Positions 10,750 through 21,566 of a DNA stretch of 64,000 nucleotides are shown here, piece after piece. The position numbers and the translations under genes were made by a program. Under the pieces are notes generated by a model. It was not told the origin of the DNA, did not search any database, and was given only the letters and a program-made list of their open reading frames with translations. Numbering within the stretch: position 1 is the stretch's first letter; each line of letters opens with the position of its first letter. Location of the stretch: the NCBI GenBank assembly GCA_963848135.1, contig CAWKCK010000004.1:186001-250000 (forward strand), written 5' to 3'. The DNA is from an uncultured delta proteobacterium. Lineage in GTDB: Bacteria; Desulfobacterota; Desulfobacteria; Desulfobacterales; SG8-13.

Positions 10750-11395
10750 ATCTGGTTTTCCAGTTCGGGATCGGAGTTGATGCGGAACCACTTCTGGAGC
10801 ATCAGGCATTTAAAGAGCAGCAGAGGCGGATAGGCATCGGCGCCTTCACCACTGGTGCCGACCGTGTAATTGCTCATCAAGACCGTATTGATTCTATCCC
10901 AATCGATGGAATCAGCGATTTTTTCCATGAGTTTGAGACTGCGGTTGTGTTTGAGGGAACTGGCGAGAGCGAAATCTGCGAATCCTAAATTATTCTTCAT
11001 CTTTTTATAGCCCATATTATCCTCCGAGTAGTGATAATTGAAGGATATATGGCATAAAATAGATAAAATTACAAGTTAAAACAGATAGATATAATAATAC
11101 AGAGGAATTTTTCTGAAGAATATTCAATCAGAAAGGCTGGGATTTAGGACGCTTTCCTGAGGTTATGCAAAGGTCTCGTAACGATCAAGTCAGGGCTCAT
11201 TTACAAGCGAGTTTATCCGCCGAATTCCTTAACCAAAAACGTAGAAGATAAGTGCGTCCATTTGATTACAAATATTATAACAAGTTGTAATCAATATAAA
11301 AAAGTAAAAGCTTGACAGGGGGAATACAGGATGTCCCCAAAAACTCTATCTCCTTTTATTTCATTTCTATCTTTAATGAGCTGTCGGAGTATTGA

Positions 11396-12664
11396 ATGAA
11401 GCTAGCGCTTGTGCTTTTGATTGTTTTTTTCAATTACAGAATGTTTTATTTGTTTCCCTGGGCCCATCAAGTAGGAAGCTTCAACACAATGGATTTATCT
11501 ATTTTTATGATCGGCCTGTGGTTCTTTTATATACTACTTTTTAAAAGAAGATTGCTCAAAAACCCATATTCAGCCTTAATTATATTTCTCCTGTTCTTCG
11601 TTGGTATGCACATCCCATTTGCTGTGATGAAATTTGGTGTTTCATATATAGATGCAATTATCGCCAGCCGCGCTTTTCTGTTGTATCTAAGTTATTTCAT
11701 TTTTCTAGATATATTTACAAATGATGAAGCAATTCATCGCTTCTTGAAATGGATGATGATATTCGGGATTTTCTCCATTTTACTGGGAATTACGAACTAT
11801 ATTGGTCCAGAAATTCTCCATCATAGTACGGCAACCGAGGAAGGCGCGAAGATGCGCGGGGGAATAGTGAGGATTTATTTTCCAGCGTATTGGCTTATAG
11901 TTTATGCATCATTATATAGTTTTACCTTGTTTATAACATCAGACCGTATCAAACGCTTTCCTCTGTTATTCTTCATAATTTCGATAATGGCTATTATTTT
12001 CCGTCAGACAAGAGTAATTATAGGAACCTATGGAATAATTGCATGCTTCAATATCATCAGGCGAATGTCAAGCCCACAGGCCAAGTTTCTGATTTTTTCA
12101 GGATTCTTTGTATTCACCGGTGTTCTGATGAACCTCGATAAGTTCGAATTCCTTAAGTCCAATGTAGAAAAAACTAAGATAGAATTGACCGAATCCTCCG
12201 GCAGTTGGGGAGGTCGCGTCGACCAGCTCAAAACCACTTGGGAAATATTTCAGGAAGGCCCCCTTTTTGGAGTTGGTAGTTCTGCGTTGCGCTCGAACGT
12301 GGAGGCGTATGCCAGCATGCCACATTACAAAGTCAAAAGAATTATGAGATACTCGATTCAGAGTGATCTCGGCTATCCTATATGGTTGAAAAATTTTGGA
12401 CTTATTGGCGCCCTTTATCTCTTTCTATTGGCCTTGATTCTTTACAAGGATTTAAGACTTTTGAAGCGAAACGGCCAAAATCCTGAAATTACGACCTTTA
12501 TTGGGAACTATATATTTTTTATACTCATTAGCTTTTTCACCGTTAACTATTTGGGGCAAGGTGAAGGTATCATCCTATTCAGTTCTATTTTGGCTATGAT
12601 TCAGTCCTCCACTAATAATGCTAGGAAAGAAGGTTTGCATGACCACCCAAGCAAGCCCTCATAG
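11396..12664 (+). CDS. O-antigen ligase/Wzy-like polymerase
   Basis: Multi-TM protein, R...W..F..GPLFGVG motif, polysaccharide-locus context. Confidence 0.75.
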   Translation: MKLALVLLIVFFNYRMFYLFPWAHQVGSFNTMDLSIFMIGLWFFYILLFKRRLLKNPYSALIIFLLFFVGMHIPFAVMKFGVSYIDAIIASRAFLLYLSYFIFLDIFTNDEAIHRFLKWMMIFGIFSILLGITNYIGPEILHHSTATEEGAKMRGGIVRIYFPAYWLIVYASLYSFTLFITSDRIKRFPLLFFIISIMAIIFRQTRVIIGTYGIIACFNIIRRMSSPQAKFLIFSGFFVFTGVLMNLDKFEFLKSNVEKTKIELTESSGSWGGRVDQLKTTWEIFQEGPLFGVGSSALRSNVEAYASMPHYKVKRIMRYSIQSDLGYPIWLKNFGLIGALYLFLLALILYKDLRLLKRNGQNPEITTFIGNYIFFILISFFTVNYLGQGEGIILFSSILAMIQSSTNNARKEGLHDHPSKPS

Positions 12665-12739
12665 GGGTTGGGATTTCAAAAACAGTTAGTCATTTAAGCA
12701 TATCCAAGATTTGACATCCCAATATATATCTTTACGGCC

Positions 12740-14107
12740 ATGTTTTACAAAAAAATACTCAATCGATTTGAAAACGACCATCATATGGTCGCTATATTAA
12801 AAGGAACATCGATTTCATTGCCATTAAAAATAACTGGCACCTTACTGACCTTTTTTTTTAATTTATGTTTGGCGAGGTTGATAGGCGCTACAGGAGCTGG
12901 TTTGTTTTTTCTTGCCTTGACTGTTGCAACCATAGCTTCGGTTTTTGGTCGTATGGGTTTGGATAATGCCATGCTTAAGTACGCTGCAGTGGGAGCTTCC
13001 GAGGGCGACTGGACAAGCGTTAATGGTATATACAGGCAAGGCATGGTAACTGCGATGGCCGCTTCCACGGTGGCGTTTGTTATTATTATATTGGGTGCAC
13101 CGATTATCGCCGAGACAATTTTTAGTAAACCCGATTTGGTGAATCCTTTGCGATGGATGGCTTTTTCCATTATGCCTATGTCTTTATACCTACTTCACGC
13201 TGTCATGCTGCGATCAATCATGAAAATTACTTCCGGAGTGTTCATACTTGCTTCATCTGTTCCGCTTTTTAGTCTGTTGCTCGCCTTTCCACTATGCAGC
13301 CTATATAATGTTCAAGGGGCCGTTATAGCACACGCAATATCATGCAATATTACTTTAGCAATTGGTTTCTATCTTTGGCGCAAGTATACTTTTCAGTCTC
13401 GGAATGTCCAGCCCTCCTTTGATTACAAGCTGCTTATGGTTACAAGCATGCCTCTTTTTCTTGTTCAGTCAAACCATCTGATCATGAACTGGATGTCGAC
13501 ATTCTTTCTGGGAATTTTTGCAAGCACAGAAGACGTAGGAATATACCGGATTGCCGAGCGCACATCTGTATTGCTTTCTTTTTTCCTTGTGGCCGTGAAC
13601 AGCATGGCCGGTCCTAAATTCGCTGCGCTGTATAACAGAGGTGATTTAAAGTCCTTTGCAAGCGTTGTTCAAGGTTCCGCCATGTTGGCTGCAGTTATTG
13701 CCGCGCCATTGTTTCTTTTGTTTCTTTTGGCACCAGAATTCATCATGCGCATCTTTGGAGAAGAATTTACACGTGGCAGCGGAGCTTTGATTATTATAGC
13801 AATCGGACAGTATATAAACGTTGCAGTGGGTCCAGTAGGATTTGCGCTTATCATGAGCGGAAACGAAAAGAGCATGCGCAATGCAGTATTCACTGGAGCC
13901 GCCATCAATATCGGACTGAACATGGTTTTGACGCCCCTTTACGGCATATACGGCGCGGCCATAGCCGCGTCTACCGGAATTGCAGCCATGAATATTTTGT
14001 GCATGGTTATGGTGTGGAATCGTTTAGGTATCTGGTCGCTTCCAGTAGGCAAAGCCATTGTAAGTAGGCTTTCAAAACCAAAAACTCCTGACACATTGAA
14101 CTCATAA
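12740..14107 (+). CDS. wzx: Wzx flippase (MOP family)
   Basis: LARLIGA..G, LGIF....VGIY, P.YGIYGAAIA motifs; multi-TM. Confidence 0.85.
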   Translation: MFYKKILNRFENDHHMVAILKGTSISLPLKITGTLLTFFFNLCLARLIGATGAGLFFLALTVATIASVFGRMGLDNAMLKYAAVGASEGDWTSVNGIYRQGMVTAMAASTVAFVIIILGAPIIAETIFSKPDLVNPLRWMAFSIMPMSLYLLHAVMLRSIMKITSGVFILASSVPLFSLLLAFPLCSLYNVQGAVIAHAISCNITLAIGFYLWRKYTFQSRNVQPSFDYKLLMVTSMPLFLVQSNHLIMNWMSTFFLGIFASTEDVGIYRIAERTSVLLSFFLVAVNSMAGPKFAALYNRGDLKSFASVVQGSAMLAAVIAAPLFLLFLLAPEFIMRIFGEEFTRGSGALIIIAIGQYINVAVGPVGFALIMSGNEKSMRNAVFTGAAINIGLNMVLTPLYGIYGAAIAASTGIAAMNILCMVMVWNRLGIWSLPVGKAIVSRLSKPKTPDTLNS

Positions 14108-14117
14108 GGCTATATTC

Positions 14118-15014
14118 ATGCTTTTCCCTAATGCTGTCATAGCTGGTTTTCCAAAGTGCGGGACAACCTCGTTATTTTCCTATCTTGCCCATCATCCGCA
14201 GGTATGCGCGTCTTCTGTAAAAGAGACTTACTACCTAATGGATGAGGGGCATCCACTATTCAATGAACGGTGTAATTATGTAGTTCAGGGCATGGAGGGT
14301 TACGCTGCATTTTTTGCAAGCTGTAAAGATTCTGAAAGAATATTACTCGAAGCAACTCCCGATTATTTCTATCAAAAAACGGCCTTAGATGTATTGTCAC
14401 TAATAAATCCACGACCACTTGTGGTATTTATTTTACGTGATCCTGCTAAACGTGCATATTCTCTGTTTAAATTCGCTCAAAATAACTTAGGCTTGTTGAA
14501 TAAAAACTACTCCTTTTCGCAATACATTAACGATATTAGAAACAACAATAATGGCTTTTTTAAATATCGACCCATTTTGCGCAACGTAATAGAGCATGGT
14601 AAATATGTTGAGTATGTTGATAATTGGGCTGATCGTGTGGGAAAAGATAAAGTCAGAATTTTCCTGTTCGAAGATTTAGTTAGAGACCCTCACGCTTTTA
14701 TGCAAAAAGTGTCACAACACCTTGGCATAAATGAAGCTTTTTATGAGTCATTCGTTTATAATATTAGTAATCCGTCAATAAATGTAAAATTTCCCAAAGT
14801 GCAATTTATTAAGAATAGAATCAATAAGTTAACGGTTCTGAATATCTTTCGCGGAGCTCTTAAATCCTTGTATTATTCACTAAACGTCCAAAGGAATCAT
14901 ACGAAACTTACCCCAAATGATACAGTTACTATCGCGCGATTACGCAAATTGTTCGATCCATATAATAAAAGAATCAGTGAAGTTTACAATGTAGAAATTT
15001 CACATTGGGAATAA
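14118..15014 (+). CDS. Sulfotransferase
   Basis: IAGFPKCGTTSL PAPS-binding loop, EATPDY, LRDP..RAYS. Confidence 0.9.
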   Translation: MLFPNAVIAGFPKCGTTSLFSYLAHHPQVCASSVKETYYLMDEGHPLFNERCNYVVQGMEGYAAFFASCKDSERILLEATPDYFYQKTALDVLSLINPRPLVVFILRDPAKRAYSLFKFAQNNLGLLNKNYSFSQYINDIRNNNNGFFKYRPILRNVIEHGKYVEYVDNWADRVGKDKVRIFLFEDLVRDPHAFMQKVSQHLGINEAFYESFVYNISNPSINVKFPKVQFIKNRINKLTVLNIFRGALKSLYYSLNVQRNHTKLTPNDTVTIARLRKLFDPYNKRISEVYNVEISHWE

Positions 15015-15039
15015 AAAAGTTTGATGGAATGAAATTCAT

Positions 15040-15290
15040 AACTTAAGTCGTCAAGAGCCTGGTGCGGTCGCTCAGAGTCGTAAAACGCAAACCAGTTTCC
15101 CAGTCCGGCTCGAAGATCCGTTCCGTTCTCAAACGACCAAAGATAGAGGTAATGGTACTTGAGCGTCCACCACAGACGCTCAATGAAGATATTGTCCTGA
15201 ACACGGCCACGGGCCCATACTGATGGCAATGCCACGTGATTCAAGCAGACCGGTAAACCCGCTGCTGGTAAACTGGGCCCCTTGATCAGT
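15040..15290 (-). pseudogene. IS3-family OrfB C-terminal fragment
   Basis: TDQGAQF...GRVQDNIFIERLWWTLKY, homologous to 25118..25951. Confidence 0.85.
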
Positions 15291-15699
15291 TTCTGTCAAA
15301 TTTTTTAAGAAAGCGAGATTAAATTCAGCCTGATTCCAGTATTTGTTGATGAGAATTTCGTTCTTTCAGGCATTAAATCGGAGTTGCAAGATCGTTTTCA
15401 AGGTGGCCCAGGCCTTTCATTTACCCCCGGGCGCACTTATCCACCCTATACGGTAGCAATCTTCAGGGTTTTTAACTCCTCCCGGATATTATAGGCAGCC
15501 TGACGACACCAGCGATCAAAATTGTTCTCAGCGATAATACCTATGAAATTCGGTAAAATTTCATAGCGGGGCACTTGTTAGTTGAATCCGCGCTGAAAAA
15601 TACAGTAAGATATAATCATTTAAGGGGAATTTTTCTGGAGAACATTCAATCAGAAAGGTTGGGATTTAGGACGCTTTTCTGAGGGTATGCAAAGGTCTC
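15290..15699 (-). mobile_element. Internally deleted IS5-family remnant
   Basis: Both end regions match the element at 9500..11177; most of the transposase is missing. Confidence 0.8.
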
Positions 15700-16230
15700 T
15701 CCTTTCATGGGAGATAACTCAGAGCTTTGCACATTGTTCGTTTTTTATTGACCACTACATGCCAATTCGGAAAATGCTTAATATTTAAACCGTTTGCTAA
15801 CATTGGCGGTTGTCTCAAAGTTAAATTTGAAGGGCGATACAGAGTAGGGGCTTATTGCGTCTTCTGGGGCTAAGGGGAAATAGCTTTTTGGGTTAAAATC
15901 TTATTGTGCTGAATTTTGCGTTTTTGGCTGAAACGAATCAATTTTAATCGGTAAAAATGTCATTATTGCTGCAATGATTTCCATACGCGATACCAACCAT
16001 AATATCTCTGACTACTCCGTTCCTATGTAAAAGCAGGGTTTCGTCAAATTTCCGGTGGAAGTAAGAGGCCGATGCTTGGATTGGACATGGTGCGACAGAT
16101 ATTTAGTGGTGTAACCATTGGTAAAGGCGCCGTAATCGCAGCAAGGAAGATGGTAACCAAGAATGTGTCGGATATCACAGTAGTTGGTGGTGTGCCAGCT
16201 AAAGTTCTTTCCGACCGTAAATCATCCTGA
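15700..16230 (+). pseudogene. Hexapeptide-repeat acyltransferase pseudogene
   Basis: IGKNVIIA...DAWIGHGA...GVTIGKGAVIAA...VVGGVPAK with internal stops and frameshifts. Confidence 0.8.
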
Positions 16231-16245
16231 AATTTGGCGAATAAT

Positions 16246-17160
16246 ATGAATATAGTTTTTCACATCGGTTTGCATAAAACCGCAACTACCTGGTTTCAGA
16301 AGGTATTCTACCCATTTCATAAACAGCTTCATAACATTATCGACTCTTCAGCACCCTGGAATGATCCCATAATGTGTGCTTTGATTAAGACGCAAGAAAG
16401 CCGATTTAATGCATCCGAATGGCGAGATGTTGTAGAATCATCTGTTGCTAATCGAAATGTCAGTGAAGGCGACGTTGTCGTTATCTCTGCCGAACGGCTT
16501 TCCGGTCATCCGGCTTCTGGCGGTGCAGACAGGTTTCTCATCGCGCGTCGCATTCATCAGGCATTTCCGAGCGCAAAGATTTTCTGTGCATTACGAAATC
16601 AAGTGGAAATGATTGATGATATATATAGAACAATGCTGTTAGAAGGTTATTCGGGATCTATCGAACAATTAATAAGGGATGATTCATGGAAAACAGCATC
16701 ACCCCGATGGTCTTTTTTTGATTATTTGCCTCTTTATGAGGTATATACGTCAACCTTTGGCGTAAATAACTGTTATTTTAACTGCTTCGAGCACATGCGT
16801 ATTGATCCTATTGACTACTTGTCGCGACTATGTCATTTCTTATCCATTGAAGTTGACCTCCCTCCTTCTGAAACAATACATAGGAAAATAAATACTGGAT
16901 TGCCAAAAGCAGGTAACGGATTTCTCAGGCGTATCAATTCTTTTCGGAGGACAGAGTACCATCCCAACCCACCGGTTGTATTGCCCGACAGTATTTATTC
17001 ACTCTTTAAGTATATTTTTGGATTTTTACCACAACGAGCAAGCGTTCTATCAGATTCACAAATGATGACCATTCGAAAGCTGTATGCCGAGTCCAATGCC
17101 AAGTTAGCAGAGAAAATTGGAGGCGATATGAAGGGATACCTTTTAAAATACTGCTTATGA
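16246..17160 (+). CDS. Sulfotransferase-like protein
   Basis: FHIGLHKTATTWFQ, ISAERLS, LRNQ. Confidence 0.8.
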   Translation: MNIVFHIGLHKTATTWFQKVFYPFHKQLHNIIDSSAPWNDPIMCALIKTQESRFNASEWRDVVESSVANRNVSEGDVVVISAERLSGHPASGGADRFLIARRIHQAFPSAKIFCALRNQVEMIDDIYRTMLLEGYSGSIEQLIRDDSWKTASPRWSFFDYLPLYEVYTSTFGVNNCYFNCFEHMRIDPIDYLSRLCHFLSIEVDLPPSETIHRKINTGLPKAGNGFLRRINSFRRTEYHPNPPVVLPDSIYSLFKYIFGFLPQRASVLSDSQMMTIRKLYAESNAKLAEKIGGDMKGYLLKYCL

Positions 17161-17228
17161 CCCTGCTCAGCATTTGCGTTATCACAATCCAATGTCAATA
17201 CCTATTCGGTAAATTAATTAAATAGATT

Positions 17229-18143
17229 ATGACAGCTCATTGCCCTTCATTTTTTGTCATTGGTGCCCAAAAGGCTGGCACATCGACTTTGCATGCTCGA
17301 TTAGCCCTGGAGCCACACCTGTGCTTACCGAAGATCAAGGAAACACATTACTTCTCGGATAACGCACGTTATAGAAAGGGACTCTATTGGTACCTGAATT
17401 GGTTTGACTGCAGGCCCGGGTCTATAAGTGGAGAAGTTGATCCTGAATATTTATTTTTTAATGAGGTTCCCGAGCGCATCAAAAAGGTGACATCCAACCC
17501 AAAATTTATTTGTATTTTTCGACATCCTATTGACAGGGCATTTTCACATTACCAAATGACAAAACGACGCGGATATGAGGACTTATCCTTTGAGGATGCC
17601 TTAGCTGCAGAGGATGAGCGTATATCAGGAGAGAATCGTTTTTTTGCACTAACTCACTTCAGTTATATGCGCCGCAGCCTTTATGCAGAACAAGTCTTGC
17701 GCTACATGCGAGTTTTTCCTGAATCACAATTCTTATTCTTGACTTTTGATGAGTTAGTTGCAGACAATTCAAAACTAGCCACTTATGCACGTATATGCAA
17801 ATTTTTGGGCATTGAAAGCGTATTGTCTGAAAAGGATTTTAATAAACGCATTAACCCTTCAGCTATACCTAAATTTACTTTCATTCGAGATTTAATATAC
17901 GGTAATGGTATATTGAAGCACAAGGCAAGGCCTATAATTAGATTCATAGTTCCAAATGAAGATTTGCGGTTAAAAATTGCCATGACCGTTGACAATCTTA
18001 ATCTCAAACCGATTAAACATACAAAAAAAGCCGAAAGAAATAATTGTTACCAAAGCATTAAAAAATTATCCAACGAAGAAACAAAAAAAATAATGAAATT
18101 GACAAGATTGGATCTATGCAGCTGGATTCTCGAAGATTCATAA
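17229..18143 (+). CDS. Sulfotransferase
   Basis: IGAQKAGTSTL, KETHYF, RHPIDRAFSHY. Confidence 0.9.
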   Translation: MTAHCPSFFVIGAQKAGTSTLHARLALEPHLCLPKIKETHYFSDNARYRKGLYWYLNWFDCRPGSISGEVDPEYLFFNEVPERIKKVTSNPKFICIFRHPIDRAFSHYQMTKRRGYEDLSFEDALAAEDERISGENRFFALTHFSYMRRSLYAEQVLRYMRVFPESQFLFLTFDELVADNSKLATYARICKFLGIESVLSEKDFNKRINPSAIPKFTFIRDLIYGNGILKHKARPIIRFIVPNEDLRLKIAMTVDNLNLKPIKHTKKAERNNCYQSIKKLSNEETKKIMKLTRLDLCSWILEDS

Positions 18144-18145
18144 TT

Positions 18146-19213
18146 ATGAAATTCTACTTGTTTTTCACAACATGTGTTTTGACATTGTTCTTTTGCTTGA
18201 ATGCTTTTTGCAGTGAGGTACCACCCAATTGGCCATGGCACGGAATTGTTATGACATCAGCTACAGCAGATCATAGCGATGTGTCAAAAATAAAATCTAT
18301 GGTAAACGCTAACTTTCTATCGTTGCATATCAAGCCACGCTTTAGGGCTAAACGTGAAAATATTGATTACCGACTTGCTCTGGATAGAGAATTGGTTTGG
18401 GCTGATGAAATTCTTGATCAATGCAAACTTAATGGCATAACCGCCATGATTGTGGTGTACCAGTTCCCTATGAACCCCAATTTAAATTTAAAACAGAATT
18501 CTCCAGCTTTTTGGAATAACGTTAAATATCTTGATGAGGTTATCAACGTAGCTAAGATAGTATCGTCGCGATACGCTGACAGGGGTACAGAGCTTACTGG
18601 TTATCATTTTCTCAGCGAGCCCTTGGTTAAGGAAGGTAGCAAAAATAGGATTCCCGAACAATGGGCTAACTTATTGGATAGTATCATTAAAACTCTACGA
18701 AAACAGGATAAGGATTGCTGGATTGCTGTTACACCAGGTCCTGGTGGTATACCAGTCGGATATAAATCATTTGTCAAGCTGCCCTACATGCGTGTTATAT
18801 ACAATTTTCATATGTACCAACCGCATGCTTTCACACATCAAGGAGTAGGTAAGTTTCCTTTAGGGCAAAAGTATCCAGGAATGATAAAACTACATTATTG
18901 GGACAAAAAACGTCTGAATGATGCTCTTAACGTTGTTAAAATATTTCAAAAAAAGTATGATGTGCCCATTTTTGTCGGAGAGTTCAGCGCTGTTAGGTGG
19001 GCTGAAGGTGGAGAGCAATATATCCTTGATCTCGTTTCTATATTTTCCAAGAACGAATGGGGGTGGGCATATCATGCTTACAGCGGATCACATGTCTGGA
19101 ACCCTCATTACGACACTATCTATGCACCAAATATAAGGGCAGACATAGACAAACATTACGTGGGTACAAACTCCGTTCGTTGGGAAACCTTAAAGCAGGC
19201 CTTTAAACCATGA
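18146..19213 (+). CDS. Secreted glycoside hydrolase, GH5-like
   Basis: Signal peptide; SEP acid/base region, FHMYQP, PIFVGEFS nucleophile, WGWAY. Confidence 0.8.
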   Translation: MKFYLFFTTCVLTLFFCLNAFCSEVPPNWPWHGIVMTSATADHSDVSKIKSMVNANFLSLHIKPRFRAKRENIDYRLALDRELVWADEILDQCKLNGITAMIVVYQFPMNPNLNLKQNSPAFWNNVKYLDEVINVAKIVSSRYADRGTELTGYHFLSEPLVKEGSKNRIPEQWANLLDSIIKTLRKQDKDCWIAVTPGPGGIPVGYKSFVKLPYMRVIYNFHMYQPHAFTHQGVGKFPLGQKYPGMIKLHYWDKKRLNDALNVVKIFQKKYDVPIFVGEFSAVRWAEGGEQYILDLVSIFSKNEWGWAYHAYSGSHVWNPHYDTIYAPNIRADIDKHYVGTNSVRWETLKQAFKP

Positions 19214-19430
19214 ACAACTTTGCGGGTGAATTGTGTAGTTGCTCGCGAAGCCCAAATTACTTTAATTGATTAATAAAACGAACCTCTTTGCTATGGATCC
19301 AACTGCTTGAAATTATTTCTATCCCCAATTTTTCCATTTCGTCTTTTCGATGTAATAGCATTAACCTGTTAATTTTCTCTAAAAACTTCACTATTATTCA
19401 TATTTTCATCTTTAAGAGTTTTTTAAAATT

Positions 19431-20351
19431 ATGGTTCATATTTACCCAACGTTATCAATCGTTATAGTGAACTTTAACGGTGTAAAATTTTTGCGTTACT
19501 GCCTTGACTCTATCACTAAAAATTTATCAATTTCTTATGAAGTTATTATTGTAGATAATTATTCGTCAGATAATAGTATTAACGTCATAAAAAATGAATA
19601 CGATTGGGTTCGATTGTTTGAGCTCAATACTAATATAGGATTCTCTAAAGGGAATAATTTTGGTGTAAAAAGAGCCAGAGGCTCTGTAATTTTGCTTTTA
19701 AACAATGACACCATACTTAGAACCGATGTAGTAGCTGCAATAAATTTACTACAGAATGATCAGAAAGTTGGGCTCATTGGTGCAAAGATGGTTGGCGCTC
19801 ATGGAGAATATCGACATTCAGCTGGTCGCTTCCCACGGCCTCAAAGAATATTAATGATATCTAAAATGCTCGAAAGAAGAGAATATTTTAGAAAAGGCAA
19901 TTTCCCTACGCGCCCATTTGAAAAAGGTTATCCAGTAGATTTTGTAGAAGGCTCTTTTATGTTGATCAGAAAATCACTTTGGAATAAAATTGGCGGCTTT
20001 GATGAAAGCTTTTTTTTGTATGGGGAGGATGTTGATCTCTGCTATCGAATAAAGAAGGCGGGATTTGATATAATTTATTATCCAAATGTTGAATATATAC
20101 ATTTTAGTGGATTTAAACCAAAACGCGATCTATTCATTGTTCAAGGTATTATCATTTTCCACAAAAAATGGTCACCTAAAATTATTTTATATAGTGTGTA
20201 TTTGATTCTTATTATTCGCTCGATTTTAAAATTAATACTTGCCAAATCAATAAATGCTAAAAATAAGAGCCGTGATAATAAGACAATTGCTACGACAAGT
20301 GCAAATTCTATATATCTTATATATAAAAATCTCTTAAACTTTAAATCATGA
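19431..20351 (+). CDS. Glycosyltransferase family 2
   Basis: SIVIVNFN, VDNYSSD, LLNND, GGFDE.FFLYGEDVD. Confidence 0.9.
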   Translation: MVHIYPTLSIVIVNFNGVKFLRYCLDSITKNLSISYEVIIVDNYSSDNSINVIKNEYDWVRLFELNTNIGFSKGNNFGVKRARGSVILLLNNDTILRTDVVAAINLLQNDQKVGLIGAKMVGAHGEYRHSAGRFPRPQRILMISKMLERREYFRKGNFPTRPFEKGYPVDFVEGSFMLIRKSLWNKIGGFDESFFLYGEDVDLCYRIKKAGFDIIYYPNVEYIHFSGFKPKRDLFIVQGIIIFHKKWSPKIILYSVYLILIIRSILKLILAKSINAKNKSRDNKTIATTSANSIYLIYKNLLNFKS

Positions 20352-21511
20352 AATACATATTGTTGATTCACCAATCTGCTGATTTGTATGGCTCTGACAA
20401 ACATATTCTTCACTTGATAGATAATGTCAATAAGGACAAGTTTCAATTCATTGTAGTTTTACCTTATAAAGGGCAACTATATACTGAAATACAAAAACGA
20501 AAAATAGAAGTCCATGTTATACCCTTACTTCGACTGTCACGAGCTACAGTTAAACCGAAAAACCTTTTTCGGTTACCAATAGAGACTGTAGCTTCTATAA
20601 AAGCCATTACTAGAGCAGTAAACAATAGAGATATTTATTTAGTTCATTCAAATACTTTATCCGTACTTCCTGGAGCAATCTGGTCATTTAACAAAAAGAT
20701 ACATCACATATGGAATGTCCATGAAATGATTGTAAACCCTCAATGGGCGAAAATTACATTTCCATTATTGTTAAAATTCTTTTCGGACGGAATTATATGT
20801 AACTCTAAGGCAACATGTGATCTATTAATATCGAAAGTTCCCTCACTCTCTAAAAAATCTTTTGTAGTTCTTAATGGCCTTGATCGCAAATACAGTGTCA
20901 AACGAAAATTAGTCAAAAATTTTCGCGAACAGCTAAATGTCTGCGGTGGTGATATTCTAATAAGTTTAGTTGGTAGGATCAATCGCTGGAAAGGGCAATT
21001 GCTTTTACTAAATGCCGCAGAGAAACTGTACAATAATGGATTGCACAATTTACACTATTTATTCGTGGGCAGCCCACCAGTCGGACAAGATCATTTTCTT
21101 GAAACTCTAAAGGATAAAATAAATCAGTTACCTTTTAAAAACAAAATTCACATTCTCGGTTTTCAAAATGATATTTGGAAAATTTGGGATGCTACCGATA
21201 TTGCAGTTGTACCATCAATCGAACCTGAACCTTTTGGTTTTGTCGCGCTTGAAGCTATGCTTTCAGAAAAACCTGTTATCGCAGCAGCTCATGGAGGATT
21301 AAAAGAAATTGTCGTACATCAAGAAACCGGGCTACTCTTTCGTCCAAATGATGCCGACAGCTTGGCAAAGTCTATTTCTTATCTCTCACAAGACCCTTTT
21401 AGGCGTCGTGAATATGCCAAATCAGGAAAGAAAAGGGCCGAAGAATATTTTTCTTTGAGAAAGTATATTTCTAAATACGAGTCTATTTATGACATGGTAT
21501 ATAATTCATAG
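20348..21511 (+). CDS. Glycosyltransferase family 4
   Basis: EPFGFVALEAM (Ex7E), VGRINRWKG. Confidence 0.9.
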   Translation: MKYILLIHQSADLYGSDKHILHLIDNVNKDKFQFIVVLPYKGQLYTEIQKRKIEVHVIPLLRLSRATVKPKNLFRLPIETVASIKAITRAVNNRDIYLVHSNTLSVLPGAIWSFNKKIHHIWNVHEMIVNPQWAKITFPLLLKFFSDGIICNSKATCDLLISKVPSLSKKSFVVLNGLDRKYSVKRKLVKNFREQLNVCGGDILISLVGRINRWKGQLLLLNAAEKLYNNGLHNLHYLFVGSPPVGQDHFLETLKDKINQLPFKNKIHILGFQNDIWKIWDATDIAVVPSIEPEPFGFVALEAMLSEKPVIAAAHGGLKEIVVHQETGLLFRPNDADSLAKSISYLSQDPFRRREYAKSGKKRAEEYFSLRKYISKYESIYDMVYNS

Positions 21512-21566
21512 GCATTTTACATAGGCGTATTATTTACTTTTAAAAATATGAAAAGATAGTTACAAA

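Larger units (their letters stand above)
9500..11177 (-). mobile_element. IS5-family element whose transposase (11015->9668) is split by the GIY-YIG element
   Basis: The two ORF halves rejoin as ENQINDRLSF; terminus GAGACCTTTGCATAAC at 11177; left boundary approximate. Confidence 0.9.
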
